A DNA stretch of 64,000 nucleotides from Ruminococcaceae bacterium OttesenSCG-928-O06 (GCA_030265505.1 JAJDGD010000002.1:2155-66154), one strand, 5' to 3'; shown: positions 48,044 through 58,933, numbered from the stretch's first letter. Program-made: numbers and translations. Notes: generated by a model not told the origin, from the sequence alone.

Positions 48044-48091
48044 AAAGCATCTGCTCCATTCGCGGTTTGTTGCGAAGTGGCAGATGCTTTG
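48044..48091. terminator. Bidirectional terminator-like hairpin (udg / polC)
   Basis: An imperfect long hairpin, AAAGCATCTGC...GCAGATGCTTT, lies between convergent genes and has A and T runs on both sides. Confidence 0.5.
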
Positions 48092-48176
48092 TTATCTTTC
48101 TCCTGTCAGGGACGTTCAGGTCTGAAGGTTCTACTTTTACCTCTACCAATCTCCTGCGCAGCGCCGAGAATATCCT

Positions 48177-51100
48177 CTAAAACAGCGTCAGTTGGTTGCT
48201 TTTTGGCATTCCTTCCAGCGCGCCGGTTTTCTCCAGCGCCTCCATCACCGCCGAGGACACTCCCGACTCCAGCTGTAGTTCCTCCACAGACAGATAGCTT
48301 TGCCCCGCCAAGGTGGCGTTTTCCAGCGCTGTGGCGGCGGTTTCGCCCACGCCCTTCAGGGCCAAAAACGGCAGGCGGATACCCTCTTCCTCCACCATAT
48401 AGGTTTTGGCGCGGCTTTTGCCCAGTTCTATGGGCAAAAACTGGTGCCCCCGGCACAGGCACTCGTTCACCAGCTGCAGCGAGGCCAGTATGTCCTCGTT
48501 TTTGGGGGTGCGCTCCTCCCGCAGTTTTTCATTCGCCCGGGCAATGTGCTGGCGGGCCACTCCCCGGCCACCCACCGCCGCCTCGTAGTCAATGTCTTCG
48601 CCCCGCACGGTGAAGTAGCAGGCGTAAAATTCCCGCGGGTAGTGTATTTTGAACCACATTAGGCGGATGGCGGCAATCAGGTAGGCCACCGCGTGCGCCT
48701 TAGGGAACATGTACTTGATTTTCCGGCAGCTTTCCATATACCACTCGGGCACGCCGTGGGCACGCAGGGCATCCTCCACCCCCGGCGGGAAGCCGGCCTT
48801 CGCCACCTTGCCCTTGCGCGTCATCTCCATCACGTCAAAGGCCATTTTGGGCTCCAGCCCTTTGTGTATCAAATAGGTCATGATGCTGTCCCGCGTGCCT
48901 ATTACGTCCGAGATGGTACAGGTCTTGTTGCGAATCAGTTCCTGGGCGTTGCCGCTCCACACGTCTGTGCCGTGAGACAGGCCCGAAATCTGTATCAGAT
49001 CGCCAAAATTTCGAGGCTGCGCCTCAATCAGCATCTGGCGCACAAAGTTTGTGCCAAGCTCCGGTATGCCAAAGGTACCCGTCTTGCTGCCAATCTCCTC
49101 CTCCGTCACCCCCAGGGCCTCGGGCGAGGTAAGCAGGCTGATGACCTCGGGCGTATTCATTGGCACTTCGTCCATTTTTATGCCGGTCATGTCCTCCAGA
49201 TACTTATACTGGGTGGGCACATCGTGCCCCAGTTCGTCCAGCTTCAAAAGGGTCTCGTGCAGGTGCTTGTACTCAAAATGGGTGGTGATGACGCCTTTTT
49301 CCTTACTGTCGGCCGGGTGCTGGATGGGGCAAAAGTCGTAGATCTCCTTGTCTGCCGGGATAACCACCATGCCCCCCGGGTGCTGGCCGGTGGTTTTTTT
49401 CACACCGGTGCAGCCTTTTACCAGGCGGTTCACCTCGGCGCGGCTTTGCGGGCGGCCGTGTTCCTCCATGTATTTTTGCACATAGCCATAGGCGGTTTTT
49501 TCCGCCAACGCGTTGATTGTACCGCTGCGGAACACATTTTCCTTGCCAAACATCTCCTCGGTATACTTGTGCGCCTGGGCCTGGTACTCGCCCGAGAAGT
49601 TGAGATCGATATCCGGCTCCTTGTCACCCTCAAAGCCGAGGAAGGTCTCGAAGGGAATCTCGTTGCCGTCCCCCATAAGGCTTGTGCCGCAATGGGGGCA
49701 CGGTTTTGCGGGCAAATCAAATCCACTGGCAATGCTGCCGTCGGTAAAAAACTCGCTATGTTTGCATGTGGGGCACACATAATGCGGCGGCAGCGGGTTT
49801 ACCTCGGAAATGCCCGCAAAGGCCGCCACCAGGGAGGAGCCCACCGAGCCACGGCTTCCCACCAGGTAGCCGTTCTCCTCGGAATTCTTTACCAGGCGAT
49901 GGGCCAAAACATACAATACAGCGTATTTATATTTGATGATGGACCCAAGCTCCGCCTCCAGGCGGTTTTGAATGATTTCAGGCAAGGGGTCCCCATATCG
50001 GGCATGTGCAGTTTTATAGGTGATATCGCGCAGGGTTTCGTCGCTGCCGGGAATGGTGGGGATAAACTGGCCTTTGGGAATGGGCCGCACGTCCGCATCA
50101 ATCATGTCTGCAATGCGGTTCGGGCCCTCCACCACCACTTCCAGGGCGTCCGCTTGCCCCAGATAGGCAAATTCTTGCAACATTTCCTCGGTAGTGCGGT
50201 AAAACAACGGGGCCTGCTGGTCGGCATCCTGGTACTTTTGCCCCGCCTGGATGATGGCCCGGTATATGGCGTCTTCCTCGCGCAAAAAATGCACATCGCC
50301 CGTGGCCACCACCGGCAGGCCCAGCTCTTTGCCCAGCCGCAATATCGTTTTGTTATACTCCTCCAGAACCTCGCGGCTCTCTACTCTGTCATTTCGAAGC
50401 AGGAATTCATTATTTCCAATGGGCTGTATCTCTAAATAGTCATAATACTGCGCAATTTTCTTTAGGTCTTCATCGCTTTGTCCATCTAAAACGGCCTCGT
50501 AAAGTTCCCCTGCTTCACAGGCGGAGCCCAGCAATAGACCTGTGCGGTATTTGTCAAGTAAGCTGCGCGGAACACGCGGTCCTTTGTATTTCCCGTAGGC
50601 ATAATACTCAATGTGACTATCCGATATGATTTTGTACAGGTTACGTAAGCCGGTTTGGTTTTGCACCAGCAGCACCATGTGGTTGTTCCGGCGGCCCAGG
50701 GTACGCCCCCCAAGGCCGGTGTTGATCTCCTCCAACAGCAGAAGGCCGCGCTCTTCTATTTCTACCAGCATGTGCACAAAAATATGCGCCAGCGCCTTGG
50801 TATCGTCCTGCGCCTGGTGATGACGGAACGCTGCAACCCCCAGGTGTTTCGCCAGGGCATCCAGGCTATAGCGGGACAAATTGCGGTACAATGCCTGGGC
50901 CAATGGCAAAGTGTCAATACTAGAGAATTCGCACTTAATCTCCGATACCTCAATAGCCTTTTGCAAAAACCGCATATCAAACCCGTGGGCATTATGCGCT
51001 ACCAAAACCCTGTCGCCCACAAAATCACAAAATGCCTTCACAGCCTGCGCCACATCGGGCGCATTGGCAATGGTCTCGTTGCTTATGCCCGTCAACTCCG

Positions 51101-52550
51101 TTATTTTCGCGGGAACAGGTATGCCGCCATTCACATAGGTGTGGAAACTTTCGCCCATCTCTCCTTGCTCATACACCACGGCCGCAATCTCGGTGATAAC
51201 GTCTTTTGTGGGGGAAAGGCCGGTGGTCTCCAAATCAAACACCACAAAGCCTGCATCTGCTATGGGGCCGGTGGCATTCCCGGCCAAAACCGGCACCTTA
51301 TCGTCCTGAAAATACACCTCGCAACCATATATCACTTTAAAGTCGGGGTTCGTTTTTCGAATTTCATTGCAGGTTGCCATCGCATCGGGAAATGCCTGTA
51401 CCACACCGTGGTCTGTGATTGCCACCGCCTTGTGGCCATAGCTATTGGCCAATTCCAGCGCCTCTTGCACGTCGCACAAGCCGTCCATCGCGCTCATCTT
51501 TGTATGCAGGTGCAACTCCACCCGTTTTTTGGGGGCATCGTCCCGGCGGGCCTTGCGCTCCACCAACATTACATCCAGCGGGTGGATCACCATCTCTCGC
51601 TCGTATGTGTCGTAGGCACAGTCTCCGCGGATAATCAGCGTGTCACCATTCTTTACATTTTGCAGCTTGTGGCTTCTATCTCTTGGGAAGGTTTTTTGCT
51701 TTACGGTAACCGATCCTGTCGTATCTGTTACCGCGATGCTGAGAATCGTCATCCCACGCACGTCCCGCGCATCTACGGCAAATACCTCGCCCCAAACCGT
51801 ACATTTGCCCGTCCATTCTGAAAGTTCTGCAATAGGCTGCAGCGCCCGCACTGCAAAACTTTTGCCTGACAGGGTTTTTGGGGGGCTATCCTCCAAAACG
51901 AGATTCGCTCCCTTAGGCAACACAAGGCCTTTCCCCTTAGGGGCAGATGCCGCCTTCTTCACTTCAGCCGCGGCCACAGTGGATATCTTGGGATGTTTTT
52001 GCGTTGCAACCTGCAAATCGAAATCAACAGGATGTTCTTTCTGCGCAGATTCATCATCTGTGAGTTGCATGCCAGAAGGGGATTCCACCGCTTGCATCTG
52101 TACACTAAACCGTACACCGGTAACCCGATAGAGCAGGTGCGCCAAATTCTCGCACAGGGCAATTTCGCGCAGGATGGTCTCCCCCTGTGCCACAAGCAGG
52201 GTAACCTCGTTTTCCTCTAAACGCACTTCCAGAGAATGGGTATATCCATTTATCGGCAAGCCATCTTCTTTCAGGCGTTCCACCAGATAACCTATCTGTT
52301 GCGCATCCAGGTTGGAGAGAGGTACTTGTTCCTGCAAAACTACCGTGTGGCCGGGGAAAACATCTTGTAAAAGGCTTTGGGCCTCTTGCCGGGCATCTGG
52401 CGGGAACACGCGTGCAGATGCGCATTTAAGTGTCACCTTTCGCAGCTGTTCGTCCACTTTTACGGCGCTTACCTGGGCATTCTCGCAAGCAGCTTTTGCT
52501 AGGGGGGCATCAAGCAGCGCCGGGCATAGTTCTATCAGGCGTTTTCCCAT
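48177..52550 (-). CDS. polC: PolC-type DNA polymerase III alpha subunit
   Basis: The ATG at 52550 follows GGAGGGGAG, giving 1457 aa. It has an OB domain, a PHP domain split by the 3'-5' exonuclease (FVVFDLETTGL ... HNAHGFDMRF), and polymerase core motifs. Confidence 0.95.
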   Translation of the reverse strand: MGKRLIELCPALLDAPLAKAACENAQVSAVKVDEQLRKVTLKCASARVFPPDARQEAQSLLQDVFPGHTVVLQEQVPLSNLDAQQIGYLVERLKEDGLPINGYTHSLEVRLEENEVTLLVAQGETILREIALCENLAHLLYRVTGVRFSVQMQAVESPSGMQLTDDESAQKEHPVDFDLQVATQKHPKISTVAAAEVKKAASAPKGKGLVLPKGANLVLEDSPPKTLSGKSFAVRALQPIAELSEWTGKCTVWGEVFAVDARDVRGMTILSIAVTDTTGSVTVKQKTFPRDRSHKLQNVKNGDTLIIRGDCAYDTYEREMVIHPLDVMLVERKARRDDAPKKRVELHLHTKMSAMDGLCDVQEALELANSYGHKAVAITDHGVVQAFPDAMATCNEIRKTNPDFKVIYGCEVYFQDDKVPVLAGNATGPIADAGFVVFDLETTGLSPTKDVITEIAAVVYEQGEMGESFHTYVNGGIPVPAKITELTGISNETIANAPDVAQAVKAFCDFVGDRVLVAHNAHGFDMRFLQKAIEVSEIKCEFSSIDTLPLAQALYRNLSRYSLDALAKHLGVAAFRHHQAQDDTKALAHIFVHMLVEIEERGLLLLEEINTGLGGRTLGRRNNHMVLLVQNQTGLRNLYKIISDSHIEYYAYGKYKGPRVPRSLLDKYRTGLLLGSACEAGELYEAVLDGQSDEDLKKIAQYYDYLEIQPIGNNEFLLRNDRVESREVLEEYNKTILRLGKELGLPVVATGDVHFLREEDAIYRAIIQAGQKYQDADQQAPLFYRTTEEMLQEFAYLGQADALEVVVEGPNRIADMIDADVRPIPKGQFIPTIPGSDETLRDITYKTAHARYGDPLPEIIQNRLEAELGSIIKYKYAVLYVLAHRLVKNSEENGYLVGSRGSVGSSLVAAFAGISEVNPLPPHYVCPTCKHSEFFTDGSIASGFDLPAKPCPHCGTSLMGDGNEIPFETFLGFEGDKEPDIDLNFSGEYQAQAHKYTEEMFGKENVFRSGTINALAEKTAYGYVQKYMEEHGRPQSRAEVNRLVKGCTGVKKTTGQHPGGMVVIPADKEIYDFCPIQHPADSKEKGVITTHFEYKHLHETLLKLDELGHDVPTQYKYLEDMTGIKMDEVPMNTPEVISLLTSPEALGVTEEEIGSKTGTFGIPELGTNFVRQMLIEAQPRNFGDLIQISGLSHGTDVWSGNAQELIRNKTCTISDVIGTRDSIMTYLIHKGLEPKMAFDVMEMTRKGKVAKAGFPPGVEDALRAHGVPEWYMESCRKIKYMFPKAHAVAYLIAAIRLMWFKIHYPREFYACYFTVRGEDIDYEAAVGGRGVARQHIARANEKLREERTPKNEDILASLQLVNECLCRGHQFLPIELGKSRAKTYMVEEEGIRLPFLALKGVGETAATALENATLAGQSYLSVEELQLESGVSSAVMEALEKTGALEGMPKSNQLTLF

Positions 52551-52578
52551 GCTCCCCTCCTCTCCGGCAACTTTCGGC

Positions 52579-53640
52579 TTAAATGATGCCACATGTACAC
52601 ATTTTGTCTATTTCATACATCAGTTCTTCTATATAGCTGCCACGCACTGTGCGCACTTGTTTTCCTTTTACAAACAGCACGGCACTGTCCACACCGCCGG
52701 CAAGGCCAATGTCCGCCTCTTTGCCCTCGCCAATACCGTTTACAACGCAGCCCATTACCGCAACGGTAAACTGTTCGCTACGGCCCTGCAGGCGGTTTTC
52801 TACCTCGTTTGCAATGGCGGCAACAGGGATGTTCGTTCGCCCGCAAGTGGGGCAACTGATTACCTGTGGGCCCCTCACCGGGTGGCCGGCGGCCCGCAGG
52901 ATGTTTTTCCCCGCCAAAACCTCTTTTTCCGGCTCGTCCGTCAACGAGACGCGTATTGTATCTCCAATGCCGTCCAAAAGCAGCGTACCGATGCCCACAG
53001 CATTTTTCACCACGCCGGCGTCATAGGTACCGGCTTCCGTCACCCCCAAATGCAGGGGATAGTTGCACAGTGTTGCCAGCTTCCTGTAGGCGGCAACGTT
53101 CATCACAACATTGCTGGATTTGATGGATATCACAATGTCCATAAAATCCAATTCTTCCAGTATCTTTACATGATACAGTGCGCTTTCAACAAGGGCATCC
53201 GCACAAACAGCGCCATATTTGCGTAATATTTCTTTTTCCAGGCTTCCCCCATTCACCCCAATGCGTATGGGCACATTGTGTTTTTGGCATATTTCCGCCA
53301 CGGCGCGCACGCGTTTATCTTCGCCAATGTTGCCGGGGTTTAGGCGAATCTTATCCACCCCCGCCTCTGCGGCAGCCAGGGCAATGCGATAATCAAAATG
53401 AATATCCGCCACAAGCGGGATGGATATGGCCTCTTTGATAGCACCGATCAAATTCACATTGCTCATCGCGGGTACACTTACCCGCAAAATTTCACACCCG
53501 GCTTCCTCCAAGCGCCGGGCTTGTGCCACATTGCCCGCCACATCCGCCGCGGGCACGTTCAGCATACTTTGCACGGTTACCGGGGCGCCCCCGCCAACAG
53601 GTACCGCCCCCACCATTACGCGCCTTGTCTCTCGTCTCAT
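52579..53640 (-). CDS. ispG: 4-hydroxy-3-methylbut-2-en-1-yl diphosphate synthase (flavodoxin)
   Basis: The ATG at 53640 follows GGAGGAAAA. It contains VGGGAPVTVQSM...RLNPGNIG... and C-terminal Fe-S cysteines (SCPTCGR ... GCVVNGIGE). Confidence 0.95.
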   Translation of the reverse strand: MRRETRRVMVGAVPVGGGAPVTVQSMLNVPAADVAGNVAQARRLEEAGCEILRVSVPAMSNVNLIGAIKEAISIPLVADIHFDYRIALAAAEAGVDKIRLNPGNIGEDKRVRAVAEICQKHNVPIRIGVNGGSLEKEILRKYGAVCADALVESALYHVKILEELDFMDIVISIKSSNVVMNVAAYRKLATLCNYPLHLGVTEAGTYDAGVVKNAVGIGTLLLDGIGDTIRVSLTDEPEKEVLAGKNILRAAGHPVRGPQVISCPTCGRTNIPVAAIANEVENRLQGRSEQFTVAVMGCVVNGIGEGKEADIGLAGGVDSAVLFVKGKQVRTVRGSYIEELMYEIDKMCTCGII

Positions 53641-53661
53641 CGTGTTTTCCTCCATACCCAC

Positions 53662-54717
53662 TTACACAATCAGCTTGCGTATATCGTTGAAGGACACAAA
53701 CACCATCAGGCACAAAAGCAACACAAGCCCCACAATATTAATTGCTGCTTCATACTTTTTGGGGATGGGTTTGCGGCGGATGCCCTCCAGGACAAGCAGC
53801 AGTGTTTTTCCGCCGTCTAAAGCCGGCAGGGGCAGCATGTTCACCACGCCAAGGTTCACGGAAATAAGCGCCAGCAGGTTCACCACATAGCGCCACCCCA
53901 GGTTGGTGGCCTTGCTTATTTCGCTTACAATGCCCACCGGGCCGGAAAGTTGGTTGATGGGCAGGCGCCCGGCCACCAGGTCGAACAAAGTGAGATAAAT
54001 GATGCGGGCGTAGGAGAGCGTGTTGAAAAACGCCTCTTTTATTACGGAGGTAAACGTTTTTTTCACGGCCCATACCTTGAAGCCGATATCCAGGTACTCA
54101 TACGGCTCCCCGGTGGCTTCGTCTATAATGGCCTCGCCCGTCTCTTCGTTATAGGCGATCTTGGTTTCAAAGGCAATGTTCTCCAGCAGCACTTTTTTGC
54201 CGTCGCGCTTCACTTCAAGGTCAAACACGCCGTTTTGGGTGCGGGCAAACTCGTAGTCCAAATCATAAAAAATAAAGGCCCGGCGCCCATTGATGCGGGT
54301 GATGATATCCCCCTCTTGCAGGCCGGTGGCTTCGTTCTCCACCCGGGCCACCTCGCGGCTGGCAATGGGTGTGTCACCCACGCCCGTTAACAGCACCAGG
54401 GCTAAAAAACCCAACACAAAGTTCATAAAAGCACCGGCGATAATCACCAATATCCTGCGCCATACTGGCGCTTTTTGAAAGGCACGTTCGTCGCTGCTGT
54501 CCTCGTCCTCCCCCTCCATGCTTACAAAGCCGCCAATGGGGAACAGCCGCAGGGCGTATTGGGTCTCCCCTTTGCCAAACTTGAACAGCACCGGCCCCAT
54601 GCCAATGGCAAACTCGTTCACCTTTATGCCGCTCCATTTTGCCACGGCAAAGTGGCCCAGCTCGTGAAAAAAGATGACGGCGCCGAACACCAGCACCGCG
54701 ATAAGCAATGTCAACAT
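53662..54717 (-). CDS. rseP: RIP metalloprotease RseP (site-2 protease, M50 family)
   Basis: 351 aa. It has HELGHF in the first transmembrane helix, a PDZ domain and the C-terminal NLLPLPALDGG motif. Confidence 0.9.
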   Translation of the reverse strand: MLTLLIAVLVFGAVIFFHELGHFAVAKWSGIKVNEFAIGMGPVLFKFGKGETQYALRLFPIGGFVSMEGEDEDSSDERAFQKAPVWRRILVIIAGAFMNFVLGFLALVLLTGVGDTPIASREVARVENEATGLQEGDIITRINGRRAFIFYDLDYEFARTQNGVFDLEVKRDGKKVLLENIAFETKIAYNEETGEAIIDEATGEPYEYLDIGFKVWAVKKTFTSVIKEAFFNTLSYARIIYLTLFDLVAGRLPINQLSGPVGIVSEISKATNLGWRYVVNLLALISVNLGVVNMLPLPALDGGKTLLLVLEGIRRKPIPKKYEAAINIVGLVLLLCLMVFVSFNDIRKLIV

Positions 54718-54741
54718 GTGTGTCCTTTCGTTGTTCCTGCG

Positions 54742-55890
54742 TTAAATATTCTCTCGCACATGGCGTCTTGCCCAGGCGTCGCACGCGTAAACGTCATCCA
54801 GGGTGTACCCCCCGGCAAAGCTGTCGGCCAAAAGGCACCCCTCCACCAGGCGGCCTATGTCCGTAAAAGATATCCTATCCTCCAAAAACAATGCCACAGC
54901 TTGCTCGTTGGCGCCGTTCGCCGCACAAGGGGCAAGCCCGCCCATTTGGGCGGCGGTGCGGCAAGCCGCAAGGCAGCGGAAGGTCTCCTCGTCCGGTGTC
55001 CCAAAGCTCAGGTGGGTAAGGCTTGCAAAGTCCAGCGCCGGGGCGGGCCCGGGCAGGCGCTGTGGCCAGGTAAGGGCGTACTGTATGGGCAGGCGCATGT
55101 CCGGCGCACCCAGCTGGGCAATCACCGAGTTGTCGCAAAACTGTACCATGGAGTGGATGATGCTCTCGCGCTGCACCACAATCTCGATTTGCTGCGGCGG
55201 CAGGCCGAACAGCCACATGGCCTCGATAAGCTCGAGGCCCTTGTTCATCATGGTGGCGGAGTCTATGGTGATTTTGGCGCCCATCTCCCAGTTGGGGTGG
55301 CGCAGGGCCTGTTGCTTTGTCACACCGGCAAGCTGCTGTGGGCTGTAGCCGTAAAACGGCCCACCCGAGGCCGTGAGGATGATTTTTGTAAGAACTTTCG
55401 CCGAATATTCGTCCTGCAGGCACTGGAAAATAGCACTGTGCTCGCTGTCTACCGGCAGCAGGTTTGCCCCCGTAGCGGCCTTTTCCTGCATCACCAATGC
55501 GCCTGCCGCCACAAGGCTCTCTTTGTTGGCCAGGGCAACATCCGTGCTGCTGGCAAGCGCCGTTAAGGTGGAGGACAGCCCCGCAATGCCTACGATGGCG
55601 TTTAGCACAAGCTCTGCCGCACACTCCGCCGCAAGGTTACGGGCGGCATCCTTGCCGGCAAGCAGCTGCAGGCCGGGCACATCCCCCAAGCGGGCGGCCA
55701 GGCGGGCAGCGGCGTCCTCATCTGCCACTGCCGCAAAAGCGGGGTGAAATTCCGCAATCTGCTGCTCCAGCACATCAATGCTGCTGTGGGCAGAGAGGCC
55801 CACCACCTGCCAGCCAAGTGCACGCACTACGTCCAGGGCCTGCCGCCCAATGGAGCCGGTGCTACCCAGTATCGCGATTCTTTTCTTCAT
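54742..55890 (-). CDS. dxr: 1-deoxy-D-xylulose 5-phosphate reductoisomerase
   Basis: I place the start at the ATG at 55890, giving MKKRIAILGSTGSIG. The ATGs at 55911 and 55914 are alternatives. It also contains LANKESLV and SEHSAIFQC. Confidence 0.95.
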   Translation of the reverse strand: MKKRIAILGSTGSIGRQALDVVRALGWQVVGLSAHSSIDVLEQQIAEFHPAFAAVADEDAAARLAARLGDVPGLQLLAGKDAARNLAAECAAELVLNAIVGIAGLSSTLTALASSTDVALANKESLVAAGALVMQEKAATGANLLPVDSEHSAIFQCLQDEYSAKVLTKIILTASGGPFYGYSPQQLAGVTKQQALRHPNWEMGAKITIDSATMMNKGLELIEAMWLFGLPPQQIEIVVQRESIIHSMVQFCDNSVIAQLGAPDMRLPIQYALTWPQRLPGPAPALDFASLTHLSFGTPDEETFRCLAACRTAAQMGGLAPCAANGANEQAVALFLEDRISFTDIGRLVEGCLLADSFAGGYTLDDVYACDAWARRHVRENI

Positions 55891-55915
55891 GGGCACATCT
55901 GTTTTATGCATCATA

Positions 55916-56782
55916 TCAACCCAGGCGCAGCCGGTAATACACGGCTGTAACCACTATGGTAACCAGCGGTGCAATGAACAAAACACTGTCGAAGCGGTCC
56001 AATATACCGCCATGCCCCGGGAAGATGGTACCATAATCCTTGATACCGCACTGCCGTTTCACGGCGGAGGCAAACAGGTCCCCTACGATGCCCAGCACCG
56101 AAGCCACCAGCCCCAGCACCACCACCAACAGGTAGTAGGCAATCTTCGTGCGCTCAAACCCGGCAAAGCGTCCCACGCCCTGCATGTACACCACCGTCAC
56201 CAAAAGGCCTATCAGCATGCTGCCAACCACCCCGCCAACAGCGCCTTCCACCGTCTTTTTAGGGCTGATGACCGGCGCCAGTTTACGCTTGCCAAAGGCA
56301 CGGCCCGCAAAATAGGCACAGGTGTCCCCTCCCCAGGCATAGGCCAAAATCAACACCACAAAATAGGTGGCGTCATAGCCATACTGGGCCTTGGGCAAAA
56401 GGGATTTGAGGTAAATAAACGAGTAAAAGCAGAACACGATGATGGCTGAAAACACCACCATGCCCGAGAGATTGGCAAAGCTGATGCTGTGGAACCGTGC
56501 AATGATACAGATGGCCAAAAACAGTACAAACAGGTAAGCCGCGGGCTTCACCATGGGAATGACGATATGGTTGTCTGCCAGCATCACAATCAGGGCCATC
56601 AGGGAAAAAGCCAGGAAGATGTACCAGTCCTTCTTGCCGAAACCATAGGCCGAAAAGACCTCGTGAATGGCGATGATGCACACGGCGGCAAACACCAGGT
56701 TGAAATAGACGGTCTCGTAGAACACCATCACCACCGCCAGCAGTATCAGCCCCACTATGGCTGTTACAATCCTGGTTTTCAT
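55916..56782 (-). CDS. cdsA: Phosphatidate cytidylyltransferase
   Basis: 288 aa and polytopic. The C-terminal signature is SAVKRQCGIKDYGTIFPGHGGILDRFDS. Confidence 0.9.
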   Translation of the reverse strand: MKTRIVTAIVGLILLAVVMVFYETVYFNLVFAAVCIIAIHEVFSAYGFGKKDWYIFLAFSLMALIVMLADNHIVIPMVKPAAYLFVLFLAICIIARFHSISFANLSGMVVFSAIIVFCFYSFIYLKSLLPKAQYGYDATYFVVLILAYAWGGDTCAYFAGRAFGKRKLAPVISPKKTVEGAVGGVVGSMLIGLLVTVVYMQGVGRFAGFERTKIAYYLLVVVLGLVASVLGIVGDLFASAVKRQCGIKDYGTIFPGHGGILDRFDSVLFIAPLVTIVVTAVYYRLRLG

Positions 56783-56815
56783 GCGCCGCCGCCTTTCGTG
56801 AGAGATTTGGGCCTT

Positions 56816-57532
56816 TTACTCACCAATGCCGCCAAAGCGGCGGTTCCTGCTGTGAAACTCCTGCACCGCTTCGTCGAAATGCTTCCGGCGGAAGTCCGGC
56901 CAGTACAAGTCGGTGAAGAGCAGTTCGGAATACGCGCACTGCCAAAGCAGAAAGTTGGAAATGCGCATCTCACCCGAGGTACGCAAAATGAAATCCGGCA
57001 TGGGCTGGCCTTTTGTGTACAGGTGGCCTTCCAGCATGTCCTCGTTTATGTCGGCGGGGTTTAGCTTGCCTTCGGCGGCAAGCTGGGCCAACTCTCGCGC
57101 GGCTTTTGTAATCTCCTGCTGCCCACCGTAGTTGATGGCGATGTTCAAAATCATACCGGTGCGGCTTTGGGTCTCGCTCTCTATCTCGTCCATCATCTTC
57201 TGGTGTGCCGGCAAAAGGGCCGTGCGTTCGCCCAAAAACACCACGCGGTTGTTCTCTTTGCGATATTTGTACAGGCGCTTCAGGCTTTGGCCAAACAGGT
57301 CCATAATCACTTCCAGCTCGTCTGCCGGGCGGGACCAATTCTCGGTAGAAAAGGCATAGTAGGTGATGGCGCGCACGCCCTGCTCATTGGCATAGCGGGT
57401 GATGTCGTCAAACACGTCGGCGCCCTTTTTGTGCCCGGCGGTACGGGGCAGGCCCCGCTGCTTTGCCCATCGGCCGTTGCCGTCCATAATAATGCCGATG
57501 CTGAGCCCTTCTGCGCTGTGGTTTTGTTCCAT
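56816..57532 (-). CDS. uppS: Isoprenyl transferase (undecaprenyl diphosphate synthase)
   Basis: The ATG at 57532 follows GGAGGG. It contains IIMDGNGRWA, YAFSTENW.RP and ...RTSGE.R.SNFLLWQ. Confidence 0.9.
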   Translation of the reverse strand: MEQNHSAEGLSIGIIMDGNGRWAKQRGLPRTAGHKKGADVFDDITRYANEQGVRAITYYAFSTENWSRPADELEVIMDLFGQSLKRLYKYRKENNRVVFLGERTALLPAHQKMMDEIESETQSRTGMILNIAINYGGQQEITKAARELAQLAAEGKLNPADINEDMLEGHLYTKGQPMPDFILRTSGEMRISNFLLWQCAYSELLFTDLYWPDFRRKHFDEAVQEFHSRNRRFGGIGE

Positions 57533-57612
57533 GGGTCCCTCCTGGCGCACCGCCTCAAAATAAATGCCGCGCACCCGCGCGGCGGCCTTGCGGCGGCAGC
57601 CGATGCCTGCCG

Positions 57613-58170
57613 CTAAATCTCCATGATCTCCCCGGTTTTTGCCTCACACATCCGGTCAATCTCTTTGGTGTTTTTGTCCGTCAGCTTCTGCACTTCGTTT
57701 TCCAGGTTCTTCAAATCGTCTTCGGTAATCTCGCTCTTCTTCTTTTGCTGTTTGAAGTCCTCAATGGCGTCGCGGCGGATGTTACGCACCGCCACCTTGG
57801 CGTCCTCGCCCAGCTTCAGCACTTCGCGGCTCAGTTGCTTGCGGCGTTCCTCTGTGGGCGAGGGGAACACCAGCCGCATGATCTTGCCGTCGTTGGTGGG
57901 GTTAATGCCTATGTCGCTGGTGAGAATGGCCTTTTCAATCTCTTTCATCAGGGTGGAATCCCACGGGCTGATGGTAAGGATGCGGCTTTCGGCCACAGCC
58001 ACTGCCGCCACCTGGTTGATGGGTGTGGGGGTGCCGTAATAGTCCACCTGAATCTTGTCCAGCACGGCGGGGTTGGCGCGCCCCGCACGGATGGCACCCA
58101 GCTCTTTCGAAAGGTGGTTTAGGGCTTTGTCCATTCTTTCGGCATAGGGTTTCAAGGAATCACTGGGCAT
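57613..58170 (-). CDS. frr: Ribosome recycling factor
   Basis: 185 aa with ...LSKELGAIRAGRANPAVLDKIQVDYYGTPTPINQ..., a canonical Frr. Confidence 0.95.
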   Translation of the reverse strand: MPSDSLKPYAERMDKALNHLSKELGAIRAGRANPAVLDKIQVDYYGTPTPINQVAAVAVAESRILTISPWDSTLMKEIEKAILTSDIGINPTNDGKIMRLVFPSPTEERRKQLSREVLKLGEDAKVAVRNIRRDAIEDFKQQKKKSEITEDDLKNLENEVQKLTDKNTKEIDRMCEAKTGEIMEI

Positions 58171-58225
58171 GGTTACCTCTCCTTTGGCGGCATATTTGTG
58201 CCCTCGGCGGGGCTGTATTCTGTGG

Positions 58226-58933
58226 TTATTCCTGCACCAGGGTGCCTATCTCCTCCCCACGCAGCGCGCGGGAGATATTCTGCGGGTCACTGATATCGAA
58301 CACCAAAATGGGCAGGTTGTTGTCCCGGCACATGGTGGCAGCGGTAGAGTCCATCACCTTGAGGTTTTGGTTCAGCACCTCAGAGAAGGTGAGCGTTTTA
58401 TATTTCACAGCGTCGCCGTACTGCTTGGGGTCTTTGTTGTATACGCCGTCTACCATGGTGGCCTTAAATATAATTTCGGCGTTAATCTCCGCTGCGCGCA
58501 GGGCCGCCGCAGTATCGGTGGAAAAATAAGGGTTTCCCGTGCCGCAACCCAGCACCACAATGCGTCCCTTCTGCATGTGGCGGATGGCGCGGTTGCGGAT
58601 ATACGGCTCTGCTATGGCCTGCATGGTAATGGCCGTTTGCACCCGCACCGAGGTATCCAGCTGCTCCAGCATATCGGCCACGGCCAGGGCGTTCATCACC
58701 GTGGCCAGCATGCCAATTTGGTCCGAGCGGGTGCGCTCTATGGCCGCGCCGTCGCGCCCACGCCAGAAGTTGCCGCCACCCACCACCACGGCCACTTCGG
58801 CCCCCAGGGCGTGGGCGTCGCGCACCCCTTCGCAAATGCGGCGGGTGGTGTCCAAATCAATGCCAAAGCCCTTCCCGCCGGCCAATGCCTCTCCGCTCAG
58901 CTTCAAAAGGATGCGCCGGTAGCATATCTCCAT
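58226..58933 (-). CDS. pyrH: UMP kinase
   Basis: The ATG at 58933 gives [19 protein letters not shown]. It also contains [11 protein letters not shown] and [17 protein letters not shown]. Confidence 0.95.
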   Translation of the reverse strand: MEICYRRILLKLSGEALAGGKGFGIDLDTTRRICEGVRDAHALGAEVAVVVGGGNFWRGRDGAAIERTRSDQIGMLATVMNALAVADMLEQLDTSVRVQTAITMQAIAEPYIRNRAIRHMQKGRIVVLGCGTGNPYFSTDTAAALRAAEINAEIIFKATMVDGVYNKDPKQYGDAVKYKTLTFSEVLNQNLKVMDSTAATMCRDNNLPILVFDISDPQNISRALRGEEIGTLVQE

